A DNA stretch of 64,000 bases from SAR86 cluster bacterium (GTDB taxonomy: Bacteria > Pseudomonadota > Gammaproteobacteria > Magnimaribacterales > AG-339-G14): assembly GCA_023703675.1 (NCBI GenBank), contig CP097974.1:21288-85287 (forward strand), in the 5' to 3' direction. Within the stretch, counting starts at the first letter, position 1. Every line of letters starts with the position of its first letter. This document shows, piece after piece, positions 35,049 to 43,776 of the stretch. The notes beneath the pieces were generated by a model. That model was not told where the DNA came from and searched no databases. It saw only the letters and a program-made list of their open reading frames with translations. The translations under genes were made by a program, and so were the position numbers.

Positions 35049-35687
35049 ATGTACAGAAACTTCTTTTTAATAAGCCTTATTTTATTGTCGTCCAACCTTA
35101 TTTACTCAGCGAGTGAAGAAGTAGAGGTCAAAGCAGTAAAAAGAGGCGACCCCATGGCTGGTTCTGAACTAGTTGCAACTTGTACCGGTTGTCACGGCGC
35201 GGATGGAAATAGTGTTGTGGGTCAGTGGCCAACACTTGCCGGACAAAGAGAAAGTTATACTTTGGCACAATTGATTCATGTACAAAAAGGCGAGCGCATG
35301 ATCGAATCAATGATGGGACTTCTTGATAATTACTCAGAGGATCAACTAAGAGATATTGCAGCATATTATGCTGCGCAAGATACTAAAGTTGGTCAGGCCG
35401 ATAGTACCAACTTTGAATTGGGGCAAAGAATCTATCGAGCTGGAAATTTATCTGGAGGAGTGCCTGCCTGTACAGGATGTCACGGACCTCAAGGAAAAGG
35501 GGTGGAATCAGCTGGGTATCCTAAATTGAGTGGCCAAAAAGCTGAATACGTGGTCACAAGTTTAGTGGCTTATAAAACTGGGGAGCGAGTGCACAGTAGC
35601 AATGCAAAAATTATGCAGGGAATTGCTGCCCGATTAACTACTGAGGAAATCAGAGCGGTGGCAAATTATGTATCCGGACTTTATTAA
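35049..35687 (+). CDS. Cytochrome c4 (diheme)
   Basis: Signal peptide and two CxxCH motifs (CTGCHG twice), each with a distal Met region. Confidence 0.9.
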   Translation: MYRNFFLISLILLSSNLIYSASEEVEVKAVKRGDPMAGSELVATCTGCHGADGNSVVGQWPTLAGQRESYTLAQLIHVQKGERMIESMMGLLDNYSEDQLRDIAAYYAAQDTKVGQADSTNFELGQRIYRAGNLSGGVPACTGCHGPQGKGVESAGYPKLSGQKAEYVVTSLVAYKTGERVHSSNAKIMQGIAARLTTEEIRAVANYVSGLY

Positions 35688-36291
35688 AAAAACTTCTTTA
35701 ATTATATTTATAACCTTATTTGCCTCTCTGGGGTTTACCGAAGACTATCAAGAAGGCAGACACTACCAACTAATTGAGCCACTGCCAACAAGGGATTCGG
35801 AGAAAATTGAGGTAATAGAATTCTTTTGGTTTGGATGCGGTCATTGTTTTAGTCTTGAAGCATTGCTCGGTGATTGGAAGTCAGAAGCAAGCCAAGACGT
35901 AGATTTTTTTAGACTCCCAGTTGTATGGAATTCACAAACCAAAACTCACGCTAAATTATTTTTCGCCGCAGAAACTTTAGAAGTTCCAGAAGCAATAGGT
36001 GGAATTTTCGGAGCAATTCACTACAGTAGAAAAATGATGACTTCTGACAAAGAAGTAATACCTTTTTTTCAAGGATATGGGGTTGATGAGGAGCAATACT
36101 TGGCTGTGACTAACTCATTTGGATTGAAAAATAATTTAAGAAAAGCCGAGTTATTTGCCTTTAAATACGGTATAAAGGGCGTCCCTGCATTTATTGTGAA
36201 CGGGAAGTACAAGGTTTCTGCGACTAGAGAACTTGGTACGGAAGAGCTTTTAGATGTAGTGGATTATTTAATCGCTAAAGAAAGAAGTTAG
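35668..36291 (+). CDS. dsbA: Thiol:disulfide interchange protein DsbA
   Basis: Signal peptide, FWFGCGHCFSLE active site (CxxC) and a GVPAFIVNGKY cis-Pro loop region. Confidence 0.9.
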   Translation: MYPDFIKKTSLIIFITLFASLGFTEDYQEGRHYQLIEPLPTRDSEKIEVIEFFWFGCGHCFSLEALLGDWKSEASQDVDFFRLPVVWNSQTKTHAKLFFAAETLEVPEAIGGIFGAIHYSRKMMTSDKEVIPFFQGYGVDEEQYLAVTNSFGLKNNLRKAELFAFKYGIKGVPAFIVNGKYKVSATRELGTEELLDVVDYLIAKERS

Positions 36292-36293
36292 TA

Positions 36294-37118
36294 ATGAGTA
36301 ATTTTAGATCCAACCTGTTTATTCCAGGGCATACCTTAGACCGTCTAGAAAGAGGGCAAAAAAGCAATGCAGACGCGATCATTGTGGATTTGGAGGATGG
36401 TTGTCCAGAAGCAGAAAAACTTGTTGCTAGAGAAACTTTAATCGAGTTGCTCAAAGAAAATACTTTTACCAAGCCTTTATTCGTTCGCGTAAATGATGCG
36501 ATGGAATCAATCGGGAGAGAGGATATAGATTCTATTTCTCCATATCAAGAACAAATCGAGGCAATTATTTTGCCTAAAACTCAAAGTTTCGATTTTCTAG
36601 CCACACTTGCTCCAATGATAGATTTCAAAAATAAATTAGTGCCTTTGATAGAGACTTCTAGAGCTATAGAAACCGTTACTCAAATTGCCGCCTTTAAAGA
36701 CGTAGTGGGATTATTTTTTGGAGCTGCGGACGCCTCTGCTAGTTTGGGTTGCAAATTAGCATGGGAACCACTGTTGTATGCAAGACAAAGAGTTGTGCTT
36801 GCGGCATCGATGTTTAATCTTTTCACGATAGACGCACCATATTTCTACATTGATAAAATGGCCGGCTTGAAAGAAGAGGCAGAGAAAGTAAAAAATTTAG
36901 GTTTCACTGGTAAAGCCGCTATTCATCCAGATCAAATCGATCACATTAATGAAGCTTTTTCTCCTTCTGCAGAAGAAAAAGAAGAAGCAAAAAAAGTTTT
37001 AGAGGAATATCAAAAATCAGGTGGTGGCGCCATTAAAGTGGATGGCCAGATGATCGACGAGCCAATCGCTGAAGCAATGCGTTTGAAAATTACTCTTGGA
37101 GAAGAAGAGAAGGACTAA
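36294..37118 (+). CDS. HpcH/HpaI aldolase - citrate lyase beta (CitE)-like acyl-CoA lyase (citramalyl-/malyl-CoA lyase type)
   Basis: RSNLFIPG, IIVDLEDG, PLIETSRAIE, GAADASASLG, GKAAIHPDQI and a C-terminal G.MIDEP region; 274 aa. Confidence 0.8.
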   Translation: MSNFRSNLFIPGHTLDRLERGQKSNADAIIVDLEDGCPEAEKLVARETLIELLKENTFTKPLFVRVNDAMESIGREDIDSISPYQEQIEAIILPKTQSFDFLATLAPMIDFKNKLVPLIETSRAIETVTQIAAFKDVVGLFFGAADASASLGCKLAWEPLLYARQRVVLAASMFNLFTIDAPYFYIDKMAGLKEEAEKVKNLGFTGKAAIHPDQIDHINEAFSPSAEEKEEAKKVLEEYQKSGGGAIKVDGQMIDEPIAEAMRLKITLGEEEKD

Positions 37119-37120
37119 AA

Positions 37121-37636
37121 ATGGCTGGGACAAAAGATCTAGGTGACGGAAGATTCAGAGAATCTCACGGCCGATATTTTGAAGATTTTGAGGTTGGGCA
37201 CGTTTATGAACATCGGCCTGGTAGAACCATCACACAGTCAGATAATACTTGGTTCACTTTACTTACCATGAATACCCATCCGCTTCATTTCGACGAGGAA
37301 TATGGGAAGGCAACTGAATTTGGTCAGACTTTAGTCAATAGTACTTTTACGGTTGCTACGATGGTTGGCATGAGTGTTAGCGACGTTAGTCAAAAGGCCA
37401 TTGCGAATTTGGGTTGGACTGACATCGTTTTACCCAAACCCTTATTTGTGGGCGATACGCTTTATGCTGAATCCGAAGTGGTAGAAAAGAGACTTTCAGA
37501 ATCAAGGGAAAACTGTGGGATAGTAACCGTGAAAACTACCGGCAAGAATCAGAATGGCGAGATCGTTGCTACTTTTCTAAGATCCGCGTTAATTCCTACT
37601 CGAGGAAATGCGGTAGACGATAAAATTAATTACTAA
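37121..37636 (+). CDS. MaoC-like (single hot-dog) enoyl-CoA hydratase
   Basis: 171 aa. Carries HPLHFDEEYGKATEFGQTLVNSTF, and the C-terminal strands are typical of MaoC dehydratases. Confidence 0.8.
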   Translation: MAGTKDLGDGRFRESHGRYFEDFEVGHVYEHRPGRTITQSDNTWFTLLTMNTHPLHFDEEYGKATEFGQTLVNSTFTVATMVGMSVSDVSQKAIANLGWTDIVLPKPLFVGDTLYAESEVVEKRLSESRENCGIVTVKTTGKNQNGEIVATFLRSALIPTRGNAVDDKINY

Positions 37637-37639
37637 TTT

Positions 37640-38830
37640 ATGTCAGCGCCTCTAAAGGACATTAAAGTTTTAGACTTGACCCACATGCTTGCAGGGCCTT
37701 ATGCGAGTATGATCATGGCTGATTTGGGAGCTGAAGTTGTAAAAGTTGAGCCACCTGGGAAGGGAGAAATAACCAGAGGACTCTACAAAGACGATCCAGA
37801 TTATTCATTGGATGGAGTCAGTCCATATCACATCACTCTGGCAAGAAATAAAAAGAGTCTTACATTGGATTTAAAACAGCAAAAAGGAAAAGATATTTTT
37901 TATGAATTAGTAAAAAAATTTGATGTCGTTTTGGATAATTTCAGTTCCGGGGTAACCGAACGACTGGGGATAGATTTTGATCAGCTAAAAATTCACAATT
38001 CAAAAATAATCACTTGTTCGATCAGCGGTTTTGGAAAAGGCGAAGCGGATCGACCCGCTTACGACCAAATCCTACAAGCTTATGGAGGGGGCATGTCCAT
38101 CACAGGTGAAAATGAAGATCATCCGGTCAGAGCCGGTGTTCCAATTGCAGATCTGTCATCCGGTATGTTCAGTATCATTGGAATTTTAAGCGCTTTGCAA
38201 AAAAGAGATCGAGAAGGTGTTGGAGATCATATCGACATCTCCATGTTGGATTGCCAGGTAAGCTTACTTACTTACATGGCTACTATGAACAAAATCTCTG
38301 GAATTGAACCTAAGCCAATTGGCAATCAACATTTTTTACACGTCCCTTACAATTCTTATAAAACTTCAGATGGGTTTATTATTATCACCGTAGTGCATGA
38401 AGATTTTTGGCCTAATTTAGTTGAGGCCCTTGATTTAGAAGAATTTTCAGGAGAGCAATACAAAACAGTCCAAGGCAGACTTGCAGCAAGAGCTGAGATT
38501 GATCAAGCAATTGCAGTGAGGCTTTTAGAAAAACCAAGCAAGTTCTGGTTAGAACTTTTGGCAAAGCATAGAGTTCCATCTGGACCCATCAATTCGATGA
38601 GTGACGCTCTGGAAGATCCTTTGATTAAAAAAAGAAACATGGTCGTCGACTTAAAACAGCCTTCTGGATCAATCGCTAAGGTTCCTGGAAATCCAATTAA
38701 ATTAGATAGTTTTGAGGAAGATTACAAACCGGCTCCCGAGTTAGGAAATAATACCGACGAAGTTTTATTAAATTATTTAGAGTTGGATGCAAAACAACTG
38801 GAACAGCTAAAAAAAGAAAAAATTATTTAA
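37640..38830 (+). CDS. Family III CoA-transferase (CaiB/BaiF-type)
   Basis: IKVLDLTHMLAGPYASMIMADLGAEVVKVEPP N-terminus and a conserved Asp region (VPIADLSSG); 396 aa. Confidence 0.85.
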   Translation: MSAPLKDIKVLDLTHMLAGPYASMIMADLGAEVVKVEPPGKGEITRGLYKDDPDYSLDGVSPYHITLARNKKSLTLDLKQQKGKDIFYELVKKFDVVLDNFSSGVTERLGIDFDQLKIHNSKIITCSISGFGKGEADRPAYDQILQAYGGGMSITGENEDHPVRAGVPIADLSSGMFSIIGILSALQKRDREGVGDHIDISMLDCQVSLLTYMATMNKISGIEPKPIGNQHFLHVPYNSYKTSDGFIIITVVHEDFWPNLVEALDLEEFSGEQYKTVQGRLAARAEIDQAIAVRLLEKPSKFWLELLAKHRVPSGPINSMSDALEDPLIKKRNMVVDLKQPSGSIAKVPGNPIKLDSFEEDYKPAPELGNNTDEVLLNYLELDAKQLEQLKKEKII

Positions 38831-38921
38831 TTTTTTTCCAAAAATTCCCTTTTTCGACTTTAAATCATTCTTATTATGATTTACTGTATTTTCATAAGAA
38901 AAAAATACTAAGGAGAGTCTT

Positions 38922-39995
38922 ATGGAAGAACAAACTACTGTAAATCATGACAAATTAATGGCACTTTTTGGCAGCGTTTTTAACGACGTTGCAGGATCGG
39001 TCGCAATTATGATGTCGTATATCGGCGATCAAACCGGTGTCTATCGTGCCATGGACAAACTAGGACCATCGTCTGTAGCTTCAATTGCTGAAGAGGCAAA
39101 AGTCGATGAACGCTATCTTAAAGAATGGTTGGCTTCAAATGCGGCGAGAGGATATGTACATTTTAATGCCGAATCAGAGGAATTCAGCTTAACTCCTGAG
39201 CAAGCAGCAGTCTTCGCACGAGAGAGCGAACCAACTTGTATCCAAGGATTGATTCAAGGGGTAGTGGGTCAATTTGTTAAAGAAGATATTGCCATCGACG
39301 TTTTCAAAACTGGTAGAGGCAGACCATGGGGCGAGCATCACGAGTGTTGTTTTTGTGGAACAGAGAGATTTTTCCGACCTGCTTATGCAAGTCATTTACT
39401 CGAAGAATGGATTCCTGCGTTAGAAGGAGTTGAAGATAAATTAAAAATGGGAGCAAAGGTTGCAGACATTGGCTGTGGACTTGGAACCTCCTCAATTCTA
39501 ATGGCTGAAAAATATCCTAATTCAACCATTCATGCGTTTGACTTCCACGGTCCATCAATTGAAGAAGCCAAAAAAAGAGCAGCAGAAAAAGGTTTAGCTA
39601 ATTTAGAATTCTTTGTTTCAGATGCTGCAGAAATTCCAAAAAATGATTATGACTTGGCATGTATCTTTGATGCTTGGCATGACATGGGTGATCCAGTTGG
39701 AATTGCTTCTGGAATAAAGGATGTTTTGTCCAGTGACGGAACCTTTATGGTAGTCGAGCCCATGGCCCTAGATGGAATGGCCAACAATATTGCCAACAAT
39801 CCGGCTTCTGGAATGATGTATGGGTTTGGTACTTTAGTCTGTGTACCTGCTTCCAGAGCTCAAGACGTTGGCTTGGGTTTAGGTCCACAAGCAGGACCAA
39901 ATAAATTGATGGAGCTTTTGTCGGAGGCTGGCTTTGGAACAGTAAACTTGGCTGCTAAAACTACCAATAATTTAGTTTTGCAAGCAAGAGCTTAA
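38922..39995 (+). CDS. Class I SAM-dependent methyltransferase with N-terminal winged-helix-like domain
   Basis: Motif I VADIGCGLGTSS, post-I acidic residue (AFDFH), motif II (CIFDAWHDM); 357 aa. Confidence 0.75.
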   Translation: MEEQTTVNHDKLMALFGSVFNDVAGSVAIMMSYIGDQTGVYRAMDKLGPSSVASIAEEAKVDERYLKEWLASNAARGYVHFNAESEEFSLTPEQAAVFARESEPTCIQGLIQGVVGQFVKEDIAIDVFKTGRGRPWGEHHECCFCGTERFFRPAYASHLLEEWIPALEGVEDKLKMGAKVADIGCGLGTSSILMAEKYPNSTIHAFDFHGPSIEEAKKRAAEKGLANLEFFVSDAAEIPKNDYDLACIFDAWHDMGDPVGIASGIKDVLSSDGTFMVVEPMALDGMANNIANNPASGMMYGFGTLVCVPASRAQDVGLGLGPQAGPNKLMELLSEAGFGTVNLAAKTTNNLVLQARA

Positions 39996-40040
39996 TTTCC
40001 AACTAGCCTTTTGCATATCTAAATATCCTTTGTATCTAAG

Positions 40041-40074
40041 CCATTTGAAAAGTTTTTATTTCAGATGGTTTTAG
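40041..40074 (+). terminator. Probable intrinsic terminator after the methyltransferase gene
   Basis: CCATTTGAAA-agttttta-TTTCAGATGG (one G-U pair) followed by ttttag. Confidence 0.45.
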
Positions 40075-40092
40075 ATATACTCCAGTCGAAAT

Positions 40093-40704
40093 ATGTTGAA
40101 ATTTAATGCATTAATCTTAACTTTAATCCTTAGCACAGGACTTCTTTCTCAGGGAATAGACATGAGAGACGAAGCAATTGAAGCGAGAATTAAGCCGTTA
40201 GCCAACGTTTGCATGCAAGACGATGACTGTGGCATAGCTTCCTCAGGCCCTGGGTATAAAGTTTCATTGATTAAAACTAGCACATCTGCCGAACCCGCTG
40301 CTAGTGGAAGCGACAATGAACACATTGTTCAAATGCTTAATGCAGGTTCAGACGGTGTAATGGTTTTTGAACCAGCCGCATTAAAGATCAAAAAAGGCGA
40401 TACCGTAGTTTTCAAATCAGTCGATCCAGGTCACAACACTGCGTCTGCGCCAAATTTAATTCCAGCAGGTGCCTCTTCATGGGAAAGTACCCAAGGGCAA
40501 GATTTCTCAATTACTTTTGATACCGAAGGAGTTTACGTCTACCAATGCACGCCTCATTTAGTGATGGCAATGGTAGGTTTAATTCAGGTCGGCGAAGCAA
40601 CCAACATGGCTGAAATCAAGGCTAATTTGGGTGGCTTTGAAGCGTTGATTGCTTTAAATCAAGATAGATTGGGCAAGTATTTTTCTCAATTAGAAAGCTT
40701 ATAA
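40093..40704 (+). CDS. Pseudoazurin-type blue copper protein (cupredoxin) with ~55-aa N-terminal extension
   Basis: Signal peptide. Candidate Cu ligands are DPGHN (His) and QCTPHLVMAM (Cys, His, Met with pseudoazurin spacing C+3 H, C+8 M), followed by C-terminal helices. Confidence 0.75.
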   Translation: MLKFNALILTLILSTGLLSQGIDMRDEAIEARIKPLANVCMQDDDCGIASSGPGYKVSLIKTSTSAEPAASGSDNEHIVQMLNAGSDGVMVFEPAALKIKKGDTVVFKSVDPGHNTASAPNLIPAGASSWESTQGQDFSITFDTEGVYVYQCTPHLVMAMVGLIQVGEATNMAEIKANLGGFEALIALNQDRLGKYFSQLESL

Positions 40705-41397
40705 ACTGAGAAATCTTTCTTCTAATTCCTTCCAATTTTTAACTTCTGGGACCTTTAAAGTCTCTTTATGCTCCCAATCTTTTTCGAGAGCATTCATCCA
40801 GATGGCTTGCATGCCAGCTTCTACAGCACCTTCGACGTCATTTACTGGATGATCTCCAATGTGACAGATTTCCTCTGGCAGTACCCCAGCTAATTTAACC
40901 GCTTCATCAAAAATTTTTCTTCCCGGTTTACTCTCATTCACCATTTCTGCATTGACATAAAAATCAAAAAGGTGATCAATTTTTAAAGTTTTAATATCTG
41001 CATTGCCATTAGTTATCACACCAAGAATGTAACGATCCTTTAATTTTTCAAGAGCACTGAGGACACCATCGAAGTAGACGACCTTGTGCCTCTCATCCAA
41101 GAAGATTTCAAAAGACTTTTCCGCAAGTTTTTTTGCTTCATTTGAATCAACGTTGTTTTCCACCAATAGTTCGTAGATTACTTTTTTTCTTAATTCGGAT
41201 AGACGATTAGCTAAATTAGGCTCTGCTTGAACTAATTTTTTCCACATTTTTCTCTCTTCGCTTGAAAACAATACGCTCTGCATTTGCGGATGCTTAGCAA
41301 TCAAATAATCGTTAGAAGTTTTATGCGCATGCATAATGACGTCAAACAACGGCCAAAGTGTGTCGTCCAAATCAAAGGTAATGGCTTTTATTTTCAT
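40699..41397 (-). CDS. yigB: HAD-superfamily phosphatase (YigB-like)
   Basis: DxD motif ITFDLDDTLW and GDHPVNDVEGA motif IV. Positioned downstream of xerC, as in the enterobacterial dapF-yigA-xerC-yigB operon. Confidence 0.7.
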   Translation of the reverse strand: MKIKAITFDLDDTLWPLFDVIMHAHKTSNDYLIAKHPQMQSVLFSSEERKMWKKLVQAEPNLANRLSELRKKVIYELLVENNVDSNEAKKLAEKSFEIFLDERHKVVYFDGVLSALEKLKDRYILGVITNGNADIKTLKIDHLFDFYVNAEMVNESKPGRKIFDEAVKLAGVLPEEICHIGDHPVNDVEGAVEAGMQAIWMNALEKDWEHKETLKVPEVKNWKELEERFLSL

Positions 41398-41400
41398 CGG

Positions 41401-42285
41401 TTAATCTCCTTTGGCGTGTGGATGACTTTGATCATAGACTTTGGCTAGGTGTTGAAAGTCTAATTTGGTATATATTTGAGTCGTTGAAAGATTTTCGTGT
41501 CCGAGTAGCTCTTGCACTGCTCTGAGGTCTCCGCTCGACTCGAGAATATGTGATGCAAATGAGTGTCTAAGCATGTGTGGATTCACGTATGGAACTCCCA
41601 TTTTTTCGCTCATCTTTTTTAAGATGTTTTGCACCGATCTTGCGCTGATTCTACTTCCGGATTTATTGATAAAAACCGCTTGCTCTGAAGTTTTAAGCTT
41701 TTCTATTCTTTGCGTGTACCAATCTTTCAAAGCATTAATGGCTAAACTTCCAACCGGAACCTCTCTTTCTTTTTGACCCTTACCTAAAACACGGCAGATT
41801 CTATTTTCTAAAGAGATGTCGGCCATATCCAATTGGCACAGTTCAGATAGTCTCAAACCTGACGAGTATAATAATTCAGCAATGGCTTTGTCTCGAAAGT
41901 CACCCCACGAGTTAGGTTTGAAATCTAGTAATCTATTGACCATGTCTGCATCCATCGCTTTGGGTAAAAGCGAGCTTAGCTTGGGTGCGTTTATTCCGGC
42001 GGTGGGATCATTTGTGGTGAGCCCTTCGTTTCTTAGAAATTTGTAAAAACTTCTCAGAGAGGATAACAATCTAGCCAAACTCCTTGGACTTGTACCATTT
42101 CGCCTCACTTGACTGATGAAATCCCTAACGTCGTGTTGGGTCAGATCAGACCAACTTTTAAAATTCTTTTGCTGACAAAAGATTTTAAATTTTCTCAAAT
42201 CAGCCGAATAATTTTTGACTGTGTGCTCAGAATAATTCCTCACTTGTCCTAAGAAATTTACAAACAATTTTAATTCTTTATCCAT
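41401..42285 (-). CDS. xerC: Tyrosine recombinase XerC
   Basis: Catalytic signature ARSV ... HMLRHSFASH ... LGHENLSTTQIYT; conserved synteny. Confidence 0.9.
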   Translation of the reverse strand: MDKELKLFVNFLGQVRNYSEHTVKNYSADLRKFKIFCQQKNFKSWSDLTQHDVRDFISQVRRNGTSPRSLARLLSSLRSFYKFLRNEGLTTNDPTAGINAPKLSSLLPKAMDADMVNRLLDFKPNSWGDFRDKAIAELLYSSGLRLSELCQLDMADISLENRICRVLGKGQKEREVPVGSLAINALKDWYTQRIEKLKTSEQAVFINKSGSRISARSVQNILKKMSEKMGVPYVNPHMLRHSFASHILESSGDLRAVQELLGHENLSTTQIYTKLDFQHLAKVYDQSHPHAKGD

Positions 42286-42964
42286 CGGTGGCAGGGAGAA
42301 TTTTATCGATTTGATTACTGAATACAGATATCACAAATTCCAAAAATAGAGTTTCACTATCTTTTGGGAATTTACCTAGTTCACTACTTCCCAAAGCTAA
42401 AGTTCCTGCAATTTTTGAGGACTTTAATTTTCCGATAGCCGCTTCTTTGATATTTGCCTTGGCTCCAAAAACTATTCCAGACACCTCGTTCGTTACTCCG
42501 CCAAGCGCTATGTCATTTTCTTTGAAAAGGTCTGAAAAAATTGAAGTCGCTATTTCCGGCGTAACTATTTTCTCTGAATCAAGTCCGTAAGAACCGTCAG
42601 GTGTAAAAAAATAAATCTTGCAGATTTCCGTTTTCAATTCTTCGTGAAAGAAGACTTCTACTGCAGTAGCTAAACTATTGAGAGAGGTTTCGGAAATCAT
42701 TTGCAACACAAGGTTTTGAATTTTAATGAAGAGATTTTGGTTGTGTTCAGCATTTTCTAAAAATTGACTCAACTTACTGCTCACGTCAAGATTTTTAGTT
42801 TTGATGATTTCTACTTGCTTTTCTATCAATGAGGTTGCTTCGCCACTGGCATGTTTTATTTCTAAAATTTCCAGGATCTCAGGATGAGAAATAAAAAAAT
42901 TTGGGTTCTTCTCTAAGAAATCAAGTACATCAGAATCGGTAATTTTTTTCTTGAAGATGCTCAC
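42278..42964 (-). CDS. yigA: DUF484 family protein (YigA)
   Basis: N-terminus VLDFLEKNPNFFISHPEILEIL, typical of DUF484, and a GAF-like C-terminal part. Lies between dapF and xerC. Confidence 0.75.
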   Translation of the reverse strand: MSIFKKKITDSDVLDFLEKNPNFFISHPEILEILEIKHASGEATSLIEKQVEIIKTKNLDVSSKLSQFLENAEHNQNLFIKIQNLVLQMISETSLNSLATAVEVFFHEELKTEICKIYFFTPDGSYGLDSEKIVTPEIATSIFSDLFKENDIALGGVTNEVSGIVFGAKANIKEAAIGKLKSSKIAGTLALGSSELGKFPKDSETLFLEFVISVFSNQIDKILPATDG

Positions 42965-43776
42965 AAACTTATTTTAATACTTTTTTCTTTGTAAGTTGCT
43001 CCGCCCGTGAGCTTGAAACTATTTTCTTCCAGATAGACATCCACGAGCAAGTGACCTTTATTAAAATTCACTTTGGTTGGGGAATTAAGAAGACCATTTT
43101 TTACCCCGCACAATGCCGCAGCACAGGCGCCACTGCCGCAAGCTAGAGTTTCACCAACTCCTCTTTCAACCACTCTCAAATCAATTTCGTTAGACTCAAC
43201 CACAGAGACGAAACCAACGTTTACTCCTTTTTGATAGATGTCTGATTCTTGGAGAGCAGCACCAATTTCTGGAATTTTTTCAGAATCAACTTCTTGAAAA
43301 ATTACCGCATGAGGATTACCAACGGCTACTGGTTCAAAACAAATAGTCTTTCCCTCAAAATCAAATTCTAACTTAGATGTGTCAGCAATATCGCAACTAG
43401 CTTTTGCAAAGCTGAAATCTTTCATTTCCACAGAAAAAAGTGCATCGTCAGTTTTAGTAATTTTTGCAAGACTTTTTTCTAATTGCAGAAGCAAATGATT
43501 TTCTGAAACTAAATTTTCATCGAATGCGTAAAGAGCGACGGCACGAACTCCGTTGATACAATTCTCAGCCAAGCTTCCATCAACGTTATAAATTTTTAAT
43601 TTTAAGTCGGCGCTTTTATCTGTCGGTGGCTCAATCAATAAGAGTTGATCAAAATTAAATTGTTCCAAGCACTTTTTAATAATATTAGGCTCTTCATCTG
43701 GATTAACACTTTGTGAGACGGCATCGACAACGATGAAGTCATTGCCTAGAGCTTCCATTGTCTGGATTTCCAGCAT
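42961..43776 (-). CDS. dapF: Diaminopimelate epimerase
   Basis: GNDFIVVD, catalytic Cys regions (ENCINGVR, ETLACGSGACAA) and NPHAV. Confidence 0.9.
   Translation of the reverse strand: MLEIQTMEALGNDFIVVDAVSQSVNPDEEPNIIKKCLEQFNFDQLLLIEPPTDKSADLKLKIYNVDGSLAENCINGVRAVALYAFDENLVSENHLLLQLEKSLAKITKTDDALFSVEMKDFSFAKASCDIADTSKLEFDFEGKTICFEPVAVGNPHAVIFQEVDSEKIPEIGAALQESDIYQKGVNVGFVSVVESNEIDLRVVERGVGETLACGSGACAAALCGVKNGLLNSPTKVNFNKGHLLVDVYLEENSFKLTGGATYKEKSIKISL

Noticed and set aside
40699-40704. The palindromic TTATAA where the pseudoazurin and yigB stop codons abut on opposite strands
   Set aside because: It is a trivial consequence of two convergent TAA stops placed back to back, with no additional structure around it.
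41401-42285. Tyrosine recombinase as a possible integrase marking a mobile element or island boundary
   Set aside because: It sits in the conserved housekeeping dapF-yigA-xerC-yigB operon and has XerC-type motifs. There is no flanking att-like repeat, tRNA gene or phage/transposon gene.
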